Positions 38,346-47,799 of a DNA stretch of 64,000 nt are shown piece by piece. How positions within the stretch are numbered: the first letter of the stretch is position 1; each line of letters begins with the position of its first letter. Source of the stretch: Candidatus Binatia bacterium (GTDB taxonomy: Bacteria > Desulfobacterota > Binatia > UBA9968 > JAJDTQ01); assembly GCA_963666515.2 (NCBI GenBank), contig OY762897.2:4000001-4064000 (forward strand), written 5' to 3'. The notes beneath the pieces were generated by a model, which saw only the letters and a program-made list of their open reading frames with translations, was not told where the DNA came from and ran no database searches. A program made the position numbers and the translations under genes.

Positions 38346-39401
38346 ATGATCAGGAAGACAGGACTGGCAGTCGCTCTCGTGGCGGCGCTCGGCTTGGCCG
38401 CGGGAAACCCTGCGGTGGCCGCGGATGACTTCTTCAAGGGCAAGACCATCCGGGTCATCGTCGGCTACGCGCCCGGCGGCGGCTACGACACGTACACGCG
38501 CCAGATCGTGCGCCACATGGGCCAATACATTCCCGGAAACCCGAGTTTCATCGTGCAGAACATGACCGGCGCCGGCAGCTTGGTATCCGCCAACTACATC
38601 CAGAGGAAGGCCAAGCGCGACGGCACCGTGCTCGGCGTCTGGAACAGCGGCTACGTGACCTTCCAGGCCCTCGGCGACTCGAAGGTTCGCATCAAGGCGC
38701 AAGACCTGACGTGGATCGGCGCTCCGGTCAAGGGCATTCCGGCATGTGCGTTCATGGGCTGGTCCGGCGTGAGGACGCTGAAGGATATGACCGAGCCCGA
38801 AAAGCCCATCAAGGTGGGCGGAACCCGCGCGGGTTCGACGGGCGTCGATCTGCCGAAGCTCCTGAACAAGACCATCGGGACGAAATTCGACGTGGTGTCG
38901 GGCTACAGCGGAACCGCCACGTCCCGGATCGCCATGCAGTCCAAGGAAGTCGCCGGCGCCTGCTGGGGCTGGGAATCCATGCGGGTCACGGCCCGGGCCA
39001 TGCTTGACGCCAAGGGGGACGACAAGATGATCCCCGTGCTCACGCACCGGAAGATTGCCGATCCCGAGCTCAAGGACGCGTTGATCATTCCGGATCTGAT
39101 CGAGAAGCGGGGCGGCAAGCAACATCTCCAGACCTACCAGGGATGGGTCAACCAGTACGAGTTCCAGCGCCCGTTTTCCGGTCCTCCGGGCATTCCCGCC
39201 GACCGGGTCAAAATGCTGCGGGACGCGCTTGCGAAGACGATGAAGGACCCGGTTTTCCTCAAGGAGGCCAAGGAGGCCAAGCTCATCATCGAGCCCGTGA
39301 CGGGTCCCGAGATCGAGACGTTCGTAAGTCAGATTCTCGGCATGTCCGCAGCGTCCAAGGAGACGCTGTCGTCGCTGCTGTTGCGGAGGAAGAAGAAGTA
39401 G
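38346..39401 (+). CDS. Bug/TctC tripartite tricarboxylate transporter substrate-binding protein
   Basis: Signal peptide; FFKGKTIRVIVGYAPGGGYD, QNMTGAGSL, VSGYSG, GPPGIP. Confidence 0.88.
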   Translation: MIRKTGLAVALVAALGLAAGNPAVAADDFFKGKTIRVIVGYAPGGGYDTYTRQIVRHMGQYIPGNPSFIVQNMTGAGSLVSANYIQRKAKRDGTVLGVWNSGYVTFQALGDSKVRIKAQDLTWIGAPVKGIPACAFMGWSGVRTLKDMTEPEKPIKVGGTRAGSTGVDLPKLLNKTIGTKFDVVSGYSGTATSRIAMQSKEVAGACWGWESMRVTARAMLDAKGDDKMIPVLTHRKIADPELKDALIIPDLIEKRGGKQHLQTYQGWVNQYEFQRPFSGPPGIPADRVKMLRDALAKTMKDPVFLKEAKEAKLIIEPVTGPEIETFVSQILGMSAASKETLSSLLLRRKKK

Positions 39402-39429
39402 GCCTTCCCCGGGTCTACCATCGACGTGA

Positions 39430-39461
39430 GTCAGGGAGAGGACATCCGTCCTCTCCCTGAC
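39430..39461 (+). terminator. 14-bp perfect hairpin downstream of the Bug gene
   Basis: GTCAGGGAGAGGAC-ATCC-GTCCTCTCCCTGAC; no strong U-tract. Confidence 0.5.
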
Positions 39462-39508
39462 GGCTTCCCCTTCCAGCCTCACTCCACCTGCGCACGCGAA
39501 AACGTTCC

Positions 39509-40429
39509 ATGGATCACGAGGGTGCCTCGCGGACCGCGGCGCTTCGCACCGAGCGGCTCGCGATCCTGGCGCTGCTCGTCGGCGCCGTCGCCACGGCCTT
39601 CGCCCCCATTCTCGTACGCCTGAGCGAACTGGGTCCGAGCCCGACCGCGTTCTACCGGTTCCTGCTGGCGATTCCTCTCTACTGGGTGCTGGCGCTGGCC
39701 GCGCCGGGCAGAGGCCGTCGCGTTCGCCATGAGAAGCCCGACGGTTCGCAGGTCTATCTTCTGATGGCGGTAGCGGGCGCCTTCCTCGCCGGCGACATGT
39801 CGGCCTGGCACTATTCGATTGTCATGACGACGGTGGCCAATGCCAGCCTGCTATTGAACGTGACGCCCGTGTTCGTCGTCCTGGGCGGATGGCTGCTGTT
39901 CCGCACGCGGGTGACCCGAACGTTCATGTTGGGCCTCGGCGCGGCCATGGCCGGCGTGGGGGTGCTTTCGGGAGCGAGCCTGGCGCTCAGCCGCACGCAC
40001 GTGCTGGGCGACCTGCTGGGCGTGGTGACGGCCATGTTCTATGCCGCCTACCAGTTGACCATCGAGCGCCTGCGGCGGAGCTTCTCCACCATCACGATCA
40101 TGCTTTACGCCATTCCGGCCAGTGCGATGGTCACTCTGATGGTCACACTCGTGAGCGGCGACACCATGGTTGTCAGGACGCCCGCGGGGTGGGCCGTGAT
40201 GTTTGCGCTGGCCGCCGGACCGCAAGTGCTCGGCCAGGGCCTGATCGCCTGGGCGCTGGCGCACCTGCCGGCGAGCTTCGTTTCCGTCAGTCTTCTGGTG
40301 CAGCCGATCGTCGCCGCCTCCATCGCCTGGTTCCTGTTCGACGAGCGCATCGGCGCGCAGCAGGCCATTGGAGCCGCCGTCGTCATGACGGGAATCACCA
40401 TCGCGCGGCGCGGTAGCGTGCGCCGGTGA
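39509..40429 (+). CDS. EamA/DMT family transporter
   Basis: About 10 hydrophobic helices; AFYRFLLA, TVANASLL, LLVQPIVA..FDE. Confidence 0.85.
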   Translation: MDHEGASRTAALRTERLAILALLVGAVATAFAPILVRLSELGPSPTAFYRFLLAIPLYWVLALAAPGRGRRVRHEKPDGSQVYLLMAVAGAFLAGDMSAWHYSIVMTTVANASLLLNVTPVFVVLGGWLLFRTRVTRTFMLGLGAAMAGVGVLSGASLALSRTHVLGDLLGVVTAMFYAAYQLTIERLRRSFSTITIMLYAIPASAMVTLMVTLVSGDTMVVRTPAGWAVMFALAAGPQVLGQGLIAWALAHLPASFVSVSLLVQPIVAASIAWFLFDERIGAQQAIGAAVVMTGITIARRGSVRR

Positions 40430-40472
40430 CCGGCATGGACGAACGGAATTCGCCAGCCGGGAGTGCGCACCG

Positions 40473-41717
40473 GTGACCGGCATGCGCGAACGGGACCTTC
40501 TCCGCGGGTTGTTCGAGACGGCGGTCGCCGCCGCCGATCCGGCGAAGGTCGTGCCGCCGCATCTCCCGTCGCCGCCGCCCGGCCGCACCCTGGTGCTGGC
40601 CGCGGGCAAGGCCGCAGCTTCCATGGCCCGCGCCGTCGAGCAGCACTGGCCGACCGAAGTCGAAGGCATCGCGGTGACCCGGTACGGTCACGCAGTCGAT
40701 TGCGAGCGCATCGAGGTCGTCGAGGCCGGTCATCCGTTGCCGGACGAAGCGGGGCAGGGCGCGGCGTCGCGCTTTCTTGACGCCGCCGCCCGCCTGGGCC
40801 CGGACGACCTGCTGCTGTTTCTCCTGTCCGGCGGGGCATCCGCGCTGCTGGTAGAGCCGCAACCCGGCCTCAGTCTGGCCGACAAGCGGGCCATCAACCG
40901 CTCCCTACTGCAAGCCGGCGCTCCCATCGCCGAGATGAACTGCCTGCGCAAGCACCTTTCCGCCATCAAGGGAGGCCGCCTCGCCGCCGCGGCCGCCCCG
41001 GCCAGCGTCGTGACCCTCGCCATCTCAGACGTGCCGGGAGACAACCCGGCAGTTATCGGTTCCGGCCCGACGGCAGCCGACCCCACCACTTGCGCCGACG
41101 CGCTCGCGATCGCCGACCGCTACGGCATCGTGCTGCCGGACGTTGCACGGAAGGCACTGGAGCAGGGCAGGTGGGAAACGGTGAAGCCCGGCGATCCATG
41201 CTTTGCCCAGGCAGACTATGCGCTGGTGGCGCGCCCCGCAGACGCGCTTGCAGCCGCAACGGCAAGCGCACACGCGATGGAACTCGCAGTGGTGATTCTC
41301 GGCGACGACGTTCAAGGAGAGGCCCGCGACCTCGGCGCGGCGCACGTGGCATTGGCCCGCCGAAATGCCCCTGGAGTGCTGATTTCGGGCGGAGAAGCCA
41401 CGGTTACGGCCCACGCCCCGGACGGAGTCGGCGGCCCCAACCTGGAATACCTTTTGGCGCTCGCTCTGGCGCTGGACGGCATGCCCAACGTCCACGCCAT
41501 CGCCTGTGACACCGACGGCATCGACGGTTCCGCCGACGCTGCCGGCGCCGTCATCGGTCCCGATACCCTGGCGCGCGCCCGCGCCGCCGGAATGGACCCC
41601 TCGGACATGCTCGCCCGGCACCACAGCTACGAGTTCTTCCGCCGACTCGGCGATCTGGTGGTGACGGGTCCGACGCGTACGAACGTCAACGATTTCCGGG
41701 CGGTGCTGATTACCTGA
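40473..41717 (+). CDS. Glycerate 2-kinase (MOFRL/TtuD family)
   Basis: AGKAAASMA, AGHPLPD, SGGASAL, KHLSAIKGG, SGGEATV, DTDGIDG, TGPTRTNVND. Confidence 0.9.
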   Translation: MTGMRERDLLRGLFETAVAAADPAKVVPPHLPSPPPGRTLVLAAGKAAASMARAVEQHWPTEVEGIAVTRYGHAVDCERIEVVEAGHPLPDEAGQGAASRFLDAAARLGPDDLLLFLLSGGASALLVEPQPGLSLADKRAINRSLLQAGAPIAEMNCLRKHLSAIKGGRLAAAAAPASVVTLAISDVPGDNPAVIGSGPTAADPTTCADALAIADRYGIVLPDVARKALEQGRWETVKPGDPCFAQADYALVARPADALAAATASAHAMELAVVILGDDVQGEARDLGAAHVALARRNAPGVLISGGEATVTAHAPDGVGGPNLEYLLALALALDGMPNVHAIACDTDGIDGSADAAGAVIGPDTLARARAAGMDPSDMLARHHSYEFFRRLGDLVVTGPTRTNVNDFRAVLIT

Positions 41718-41765
41718 ACGGATCTGCGGCGGAGCAACCGATATCCTGGTTGAAAGGGTTCGCTT

Positions 41766-42062
41766 TCACCCCACGAGGGTCAGGCCGGCGTCTTCGAAAC
41801 GCCGCGCGGCAGCGCACCGCTCGGCCTTCAGGTCTCTCGCCCACTGCGCGGTATCCACCTTGCGCTCGCGCAGAGATGTCTGCAATCGGTCGAGAGTGTC
41901 CAGTGCCGCATTCCGAGTCGGGACATCTTCGTTTGCCGCGATCCGAATGGCTCGCCGCAACACTTCGGACTTCGACACGCTCCAGCGTTTCGCCAATGCC
42001 TCCAGCGCACGTACGGATTCCACGTCCAGCGAATAGGTTGACTTGATTGAAGTTCTGGCCAT
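41766..42062 (-). CDS. Ribbon-helix-helix (CopG-like) protein, probable orphan antitoxin
   Basis: KSTYSLD...LEALAKRWSVSKSEVLRRAI RHH pattern. Confidence 0.6.
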   Translation of the reverse strand: MARTSIKSTYSLDVESVRALEALAKRWSVSKSEVLRRAIRIAANEDVPTRNAALDTLDRLQTSLRERKVDTAQWARDLKAERCAAARRFEDAGLTLVG

Positions 42063-42207
42063 ACTTCGACTGTATGGCCATCTCCTGATCGAGTCAATGT
42101 CTCCGGCATGTCGTGTCCTGGGCGACAGTAGCGAGGGAAACGGCCGTAGGGCATAGTCTGGTTATTGACATCTTTGCCCGCTTGGCGGGTGGTCGTAGGG
42201 AGTCAAC

Positions 42208-43287
42208 GTGGCGCAACGTAGCTGTCCCATTACGGGGGAAATGGCGGAGATAGCCGAATCTCCGGGGCATGTGGTTGTCGAGCATTCGAGACACGGGGGA
42301 TACGTGCTCGACGCCGATGCCCTGCCGGCTCTCGCCGTTGACGCCGAGGCAAGGGCGCGAATGGCGCGCTGGCTCCAAGAAACCTGCTCTCTGAGTCTTG
42401 CAATACCGAACCTCACCGTCGAGCACGTCGATCTCTTTGGGCGCCTTGCCGGTCTGGAGGCGCGTGTTGCGGAATGGCACGAACTGCATCGAGCCATCAA
42501 ACCCGAGGATGAGGAGCGACTGTGGAGGAAGCTCAGACTCGAATGGAACTACAACAGCAACCACATAGAGGGAAACACCCTGACCTACCACGAGACCGAG
42601 TTGTTGCTTCTCTATGACCGAGTGGCGGGCGGGCATCCGATGCGGGACTACGAGGAAATGAAGGCTCACAACGTTGCCGTCGATCACGCTCGCCAGATCG
42701 CTAACTCCGAGCAGGCGCTTGGAGAAGGTGACGTAAGGGACCTGAACAAGATACTCCTGAAGGAGCCGTTCTACCAGAATGCGGAGACGCCCGACGGCCA
42801 GCCTACTCGGAAACGTATCATTCCGGGCCAATACAAGACACAGCCTAATCACGTTCGAACGGCTACCGGAGAACTGCATCGATTCGCCGAGCCCGAGGAA
42901 ACCCCGGCGTTGATGGAGGGCTGGACTCGTGATTTCCGTCGCGATCTGAGCCGGAGCGCCTACCCCCTGCCGCTGTTCCTGGCGGAGTCTCATTGGAATT
43001 TCGTGCGCATTCATCCGTTCGACGACGGCAACGGTCGCACCGCGCGCCTGATCACGAACTATGTCCTGCTGAGACAGAATCTGCCGCCGATGGTCATCAA
43101 GAGCGACCACCGGGACTATTACATCGGTGCGTTGCAACACGCCGATCTGGGCCAAGTCCTACCGCTTGCCCGGTTCATGTTGGAGAACGTCTTGTGGTCG
43201 CTCGACGTGGCGATCCGGATTGCCAGAGGGGAATCGGTTCAGGAACCGGGGGATCCGGGGAGAGGACCGGGCAGTCTCGTCTGGTGA
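42208..43287 (+). CDS. Fic family protein with N-terminal extension
   Basis: HPFDDGNGRTAR catalytic motif, SNHIEGN inhibitory motif; AGGGAG RBS. Confidence 0.88.
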   Translation: MAQRSCPITGEMAEIAESPGHVVVEHSRHGGYVLDADALPALAVDAEARARMARWLQETCSLSLAIPNLTVEHVDLFGRLAGLEARVAEWHELHRAIKPEDEERLWRKLRLEWNYNSNHIEGNTLTYHETELLLLYDRVAGGHPMRDYEEMKAHNVAVDHARQIANSEQALGEGDVRDLNKILLKEPFYQNAETPDGQPTRKRIIPGQYKTQPNHVRTATGELHRFAEPEETPALMEGWTRDFRRDLSRSAYPLPLFLAESHWNFVRIHPFDDGNGRTARLITNYVLLRQNLPPMVIKSDHRDYYIGALQHADLGQVLPLARFMLENVLWSLDVAIRIARGESVQEPGDPGRGPGSLVW

Positions 43288-43306
43288 CGCCGCACGCTTG
43301 GATCAC

Positions 43307-44347
43307 CTACACCAACCGCACCCCATACTCCTCCCGTCCCGTCACATGCCCGACGATGGAAGCCGCCGGCACGTCGTGGTCCACCAGCGCCTTTACCAGC
43401 GCCTCGCCGTCCTTTTCCGCAACGGCGATGAGCAGGCCGCCGGAGGTCTGGGGGTCGAGGGCGGCCTCGGCGAGGGCGTCGGAGACGGTGTCGGCGATGA
43501 CGGTCTTGTCGTCGAGGTACTCGCGGTTGCGCTTGCAGCCGCCGGTGAGGTTGCCGGTCTCGGCGAGTTGCGCCACGTCGGCGATGAGCGGCAGCCGTGA
43601 AGCCTCGAAGGTGATGCTGACGTTGCCGTCCAGGGTCATCTCCAGGCCGTGGCCCAGCAGGCCGTAGCCGGTGACGTCGGAGCAGGCGTGGACGTCGTAG
43701 TCCTTCATGACCGCGGCGGCGTACTTGTTGAGCGTCGCCATGGACGCCACCGCCTGGTCGATGCTCGCCTTGGAAGCGTTGCCGCGCTTCAAGGCGGTGG
43801 TGGCGATGCCGGTCCCCAGCGGCTTGGTGAGGATCAGCACGTCGCCCTCCCGGGCGCCGACGTTGCGCAGGATGCGGTCGGGGTGGACTGTGCCGGTGAC
43901 GGCCAGTCCGTACTTGATCTCCTCGTCGATGATGGAGTGGCCGCCGACGATGACGGCGCCGGATTCCTTGACCTTGTCGGCGCCGCCCCGCAGCACCTCG
44001 CCCAGCACCTCGATCTCCATCTTCCCCTTGGGGAAGCAGACGATGTTGAGGGCGGTGGCGGGCTCGCCGCCCATGGCGTACACGTCGCTGAGCGAGTTGG
44101 TGGCGGCGATCTGGCCGAACATGTAGGGGTCGTCGACGATGGGCGTGAAGAAATCCACGGTGTTGACGATGGCCAGGTCGGGACGCAACCGGAACACGCC
44201 GGCGTCGTCGGCCGTCTCGGTGCCTACCAGCAGTTCAGCGGATTCGAACTTGGGAAGCCGGTGCAGGACCTGCACCAGATCGGCGGGGCCGAGCTTGGCC
44301 GCTCAACCCGCGGCCTTGACTTCCTGGGTCAACCGGATCGGTTCCAT
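43307..44347 (-). CDS. selD: Selenophosphate synthetase, selenocysteine-containing (UGA at codon 15)
   Basis: MEPIRLTQEVKAAG-U-AAKLGP in frame with DDAGV, TVDFFTPIVDDP, SDVYAMGG, DVTGYGLLGH, DPQTSGGLL. Confidence 0.95.
44260..44276 (-). promoter_or_regulatory. Bacterial SECIS hairpin candidate in selD
   Basis: GGTGCAG-GTC-CTGCACC; G-first loop begins 34 nt after the UGA (44305-44303). Confidence 0.7.
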
Positions 44348-44354
44348 GGTCTAT

Positions 44355-44395
44355 CTCCGTTCGTCCTGAGCCTTGGGCGACCGCGGGTCGCCCCT
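44355..44395. repeat. Composite repeat: family A fragment plus family B REP
   Basis: CTCCGTTCGTCCTGAGC (same as 20403-20419) followed by GGGCGACCGCGGGTCGCCCCT. Confidence 0.7.
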
Positions 44396-44398
44396 CCG

Positions 44399-46309
44399 TC
44401 AACCCCTCCCCGGCTTGAGCTTCCTCACGTCGCCCACCCGCATGGTCACGCCGGTGCGGTCGAAGTGCTCCAGGACGGGGATGGTGTACTTGCGGCTCGA
44501 CTGCAGGATGTCCCTGAAGGTGGCCGCGCTCATCTCCTCGTGGTTCTCGAAGTAGCTATATAAATCGGCCTTGATCCTGTCAATGGAGTCCTTGAGGTAG
44601 TACAGCTCGGTGGTCACCCGGACGATCTCCCCCTGCCGTTCCATGACCCGGATGACCTCATTCAGCTTCGGGCGCTCGACTCCGATGGCCTTCTCGATCT
44701 CCTTGAGGTAGGGCGGGGCGAGGGGGTTCCTGGCCAGCGCGGCCGTGATCTTGCCGGACAGCGACTTCTCCTGCGCGCCCAGCTCCACGCGGTGGTCCGG
44801 CAGGCGCAGGTGGTTGCCGTCCCGGGCGCACACGCCCTCGGCCGCCAGCAGGTCTGCCAGGTCCCGGAACAGCCGCGCCGACACCCCGGCGGCCAGTCTC
44901 GCGCGGACCTCCTCCAGGTCCATGCCCGGCGCCAGCGGATGGCTCTTGTGGAACGCCTCCAGGGTGGTGCGGAGCCGCTCCCGAAAGCTGTTCCACTTCT
45001 CCTCGGTGGTGTAGACGCGCTCCCGTTCGGAATCGAAGGAGCGGAGCCCCTCCGTTCGATCCAGCCAGCCGCGCGTCTCCTCCCGCTTGAGGTTGAGGAA
45101 CTGGCAGATGGCGTCGACCCCGGTAGCCAGGCTCGTGTCCCCGTCCAGGAAGCTGCGGATCATCTCGGGCGTGTCGCCTTCGCGCAACGTCCGCAGCCGC
45201 TGCTCGACGTCCCTCTCCCGACGCCGGTGCCGGGGCGCCCGCGGGTCCACGACCTCGCCGCCCCCCAGGGTCCGTTGCGCGGTCTCGTCCCGCACGATGA
45301 AGTGGTCGCCGCGCATGACCAGCAGCGGCTCGGTCAGCAGCGTCTGGCAGTAGGCCGTCTCCTTGGGCTCCACCTTCTCGGTGTCGCCCAGGAAGATCAG
45401 CTTGCCCATGCGCTCGGCGGTGCCGAGGTGGATGCGCACCCGCTGGTGGTTGCGGATCCCCTTGGCGGCCGCGGGCCGTACCTCCAGGTGCGCATCGAAC
45501 CGGGTCGAGGCCAGGGTCAGCTCCTCGTGGCAGATCATGTGGCCGCGCTCCAGGGCGCCGCGTTCCTGGCCGGTGAGGTTCAGGGCCACGCGCTGGCCCC
45601 AGCCCGCGGACTCCACCGACTGGCCGTGCACCTGGATGCTGCGCACGCGGAACTTCTGGCCGCCCGGCACCGCGTGCACGTGGTCGCCGGTGCGCACCTC
45701 GCCCGCCAAGCCGGTGCCGGTGACGATGACCCCGTGGCCCTGCAGCACGAACACCCGGTCCACCGGCAGCCGGAAGAAGCCGCTGGGGGCGGGCCGGTCG
45801 ATGCCCGCCAGCGCGTCGAAGATGCCGTTCCGTACATCTTCCAGGCCTTCCCCGGAAACCGCGGAGAAGCGCGCCACCGGCGATCCTTCCAGCGCGGTCT
45901 CGAAGGTGAGTATCTCGATCTCCTCCTCCACCTCGCGCACCCGCGCCTCGGACACCAGGTCCACCTTGGTGATGACGAACAGCGCCGTCCGCACCCCCAG
46001 GAGGTGGACGATGTCCAGGTGCTCCTCGGTCTGCGGCATGACGCCGTCGTCAGCCGCAACCGTGAACAGCACGAGGTCGATGCCGTGGGCGCCGGCCAGC
46101 ATGTTGCGGATGAAACGCTCGTGGCCGGGCACGTCCACGATGCCCGCCTCGCTGCCGTCCGGCAGCGCCAGGTGCGCGAACCCCAGGTCGATGGAGATGC
46201 CCCGCTCCTTCTCCTCCTTGAGGCGGTCGGTGTCCTTGCCGGTGAGGGCCTTGATGAGGCTCGTCTTGCCGTGGTCGATGTGTCCGGCGGTTCCGATGAT
46301 GTAGGGCAT
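44399..46309 (-). CDS. selB: Selenocysteine-specific elongation factor
   Basis: GTAGHIDHGKT, RGISIDLGF, DVPGHERF, C-terminal SRKYTIPVLEHFD..T.RVGD.R. Confidence 0.96.
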   Translation of the reverse strand: MPYIIGTAGHIDHGKTSLIKALTGKDTDRLKEEKERGISIDLGFAHLALPDGSEAGIVDVPGHERFIRNMLAGAHGIDLVLFTVAADDGVMPQTEEHLDIVHLLGVRTALFVITKVDLVSEARVREVEEEIEILTFETALEGSPVARFSAVSGEGLEDVRNGIFDALAGIDRPAPSGFFRLPVDRVFVLQGHGVIVTGTGLAGEVRTGDHVHAVPGGQKFRVRSIQVHGQSVESAGWGQRVALNLTGQERGALERGHMICHEELTLASTRFDAHLEVRPAAAKGIRNHQRVRIHLGTAERMGKLIFLGDTEKVEPKETAYCQTLLTEPLLVMRGDHFIVRDETAQRTLGGGEVVDPRAPRHRRRERDVEQRLRTLREGDTPEMIRSFLDGDTSLATGVDAICQFLNLKREETRGWLDRTEGLRSFDSERERVYTTEEKWNSFRERLRTTLEAFHKSHPLAPGMDLEEVRARLAAGVSARLFRDLADLLAAEGVCARDGNHLRLPDHRVELGAQEKSLSGKITAALARNPLAPPYLKEIEKAIGVERPKLNEVIRVMERQGEIVRVTTELYYLKDSIDRIKADLYSYFENHEEMSAATFRDILQSSRKYTIPVLEHFDRTGVTMRVGDVRKLKPGRG

Positions 46310-46325
46310 GGCGTTTCCGTTCGCG

Positions 46326-47729
46326 TCACCGGCCTTCTCCGGGTTCCGGGAGGTTGGGCGCCAGCGCCTCGGGATCGCCGGCGCTCCTGAGATCGAGGAT
46401 GAAGCGGTCGTTCTTGATGCGTCCGATGATCGGCGGGTCGGCGGTCCAGAACAGCCGCGCCACCTGGTCGGCGCTCATGTCTCGGCCGCTGACCGCGATG
46501 CCCTTGCTGGGAATCTCCTCGGTGGGGAGGGCGCCGCTGCCGATCTGGCAGGTGGAGTCCACCAGCTCCAGCTCGTAGTCCGGCCCCAGCCGTTGCCGCA
46601 GCAGCGGCAGCACCTTCCGGCCGCCTTCCTCGATCTCGTCGAGGGGGCGGCTGAAGGCCCGCAGGGTGGGGATCTCGTCGAGCAGTTCCGGGGACTGGAC
46701 ATAGCTCCTGAGCGTCGCTTCCAGCGCCGCCAGCGTCAGCTTGTCGCAGCGCAGGGCGCGCTTCAGAGGATTGCGGTTCATGCGGTCGATCCAGCCCTCC
46801 TTTCCGGCCACGAGCCCCGCCTGGGGACCGCCCAGGATCTTGTCGCCGCTGAAGGTGACCACGTCCGCGCCCATGCCCACGCGCTCGGCCACCAGCGGCT
46901 CCCGCGGCAGCCCCATCTGGGCGAGGTCCACCAGCGCGCCGCTGCCCAAGTCCTCCATCACCGGCACGCCGCGCTCCCGGCCGATGGCCACCAAGTCCTT
47001 GAGTTCCACCTCCGCGGCGAACCCCACCACCCGGTAGTTGCTGGTGTGCACCTTGAGCAGCAGCCCGGTGTTCTCGTCGATGGCCTCGGCGTAGTCCCGC
47101 GGGTGGGTGCGGTTGGTGGTGCCCACCTCCCGGAGTACGGCGCCGCTCTTGGCCATGACCTCCGGGATGCGGAACGAGCCGCCGATCTCGATCAACTCGC
47201 CGCGGGACACGATGACGTGCTTACCCTCGGCCATGGAATTGAGCCCCAGCAGCACCGCCGCGGCGTTGTTGTTCACCACGGCCGCGGCTTCGGCACCGGT
47301 CAGCTCCCGGAGCAGCGATTCGATGGCGTCCTCTCGCTGGCCGCGCCTGCCCTGGCGGAGGTCGAACTCCAGGTTGACGGGATGGCGCGCCACCATCCCC
47401 ACGGCCTCGGCCGCGGCCTCCGACAGCAGCGCCCGCCCCAGGTTCGTATGGAGGATGGTCCCGGAAGCGTTCACCACCCGGACCATGCCCGGACGGGCGG
47501 CCCGGGTCAGCTTCTTTTCCAGGTCCGTTATGATAGATTCGTCCTGCAGCCGGTCGGAGGAAAGTTCCCGGCCGGACTTGATGCCCTCCCGCAGCTCGTC
47601 GATCAGGACGCGCAGGGTTTCCGTCACGAACCGCCGGCTGAACCGCTCCAGCAGCGGCGCCGCGGCGGGGTGGGTCATGACGCGGTCCACGGAGGGCAGC
47701 TCGCGCAGCAGGTTCGTTTCCGGTTTCAT
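46326..47729 (-). CDS. selA: L-seryl-tRNA(Sec) selenium transferase
   Basis: ILHTNLGRA, VNNNAAA, SRGELIEIGGSFRIP, VGTTNRT, FSGDKILGGPQAG. Confidence 0.96.
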   Translation of the reverse strand: MKPETNLLRELPSVDRVMTHPAAAPLLERFSRRFVTETLRVLIDELREGIKSGRELSSDRLQDESIITDLEKKLTRAARPGMVRVVNASGTILHTNLGRALLSEAAAEAVGMVARHPVNLEFDLRQGRRGQREDAIESLLRELTGAEAAAVVNNNAAAVLLGLNSMAEGKHVIVSRGELIEIGGSFRIPEVMAKSGAVLREVGTTNRTHPRDYAEAIDENTGLLLKVHTSNYRVVGFAAEVELKDLVAIGRERGVPVMEDLGSGALVDLAQMGLPREPLVAERVGMGADVVTFSGDKILGGPQAGLVAGKEGWIDRMNRNPLKRALRCDKLTLAALEATLRSYVQSPELLDEIPTLRAFSRPLDEIEEGGRKVLPLLRQRLGPDYELELVDSTCQIGSGALPTEEIPSKGIAVSGRDMSADQVARLFWTADPPIIGRIKNDRFILDLRSAGDPEALAPNLPEPGEGR

Positions 47730-47799
47730 CGGTTCGTGACGCAGGCGCCAAGCCTCAAACTAACCCCTCGCCGGGGCAGACGCAAATCTCGCCGCCAAC

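Noticed and set aside
43307-44275. selD as a truncated gene or pseudogene
   Set aside because: The upstream TGA is a Sec codon with SECIS in a selAB context
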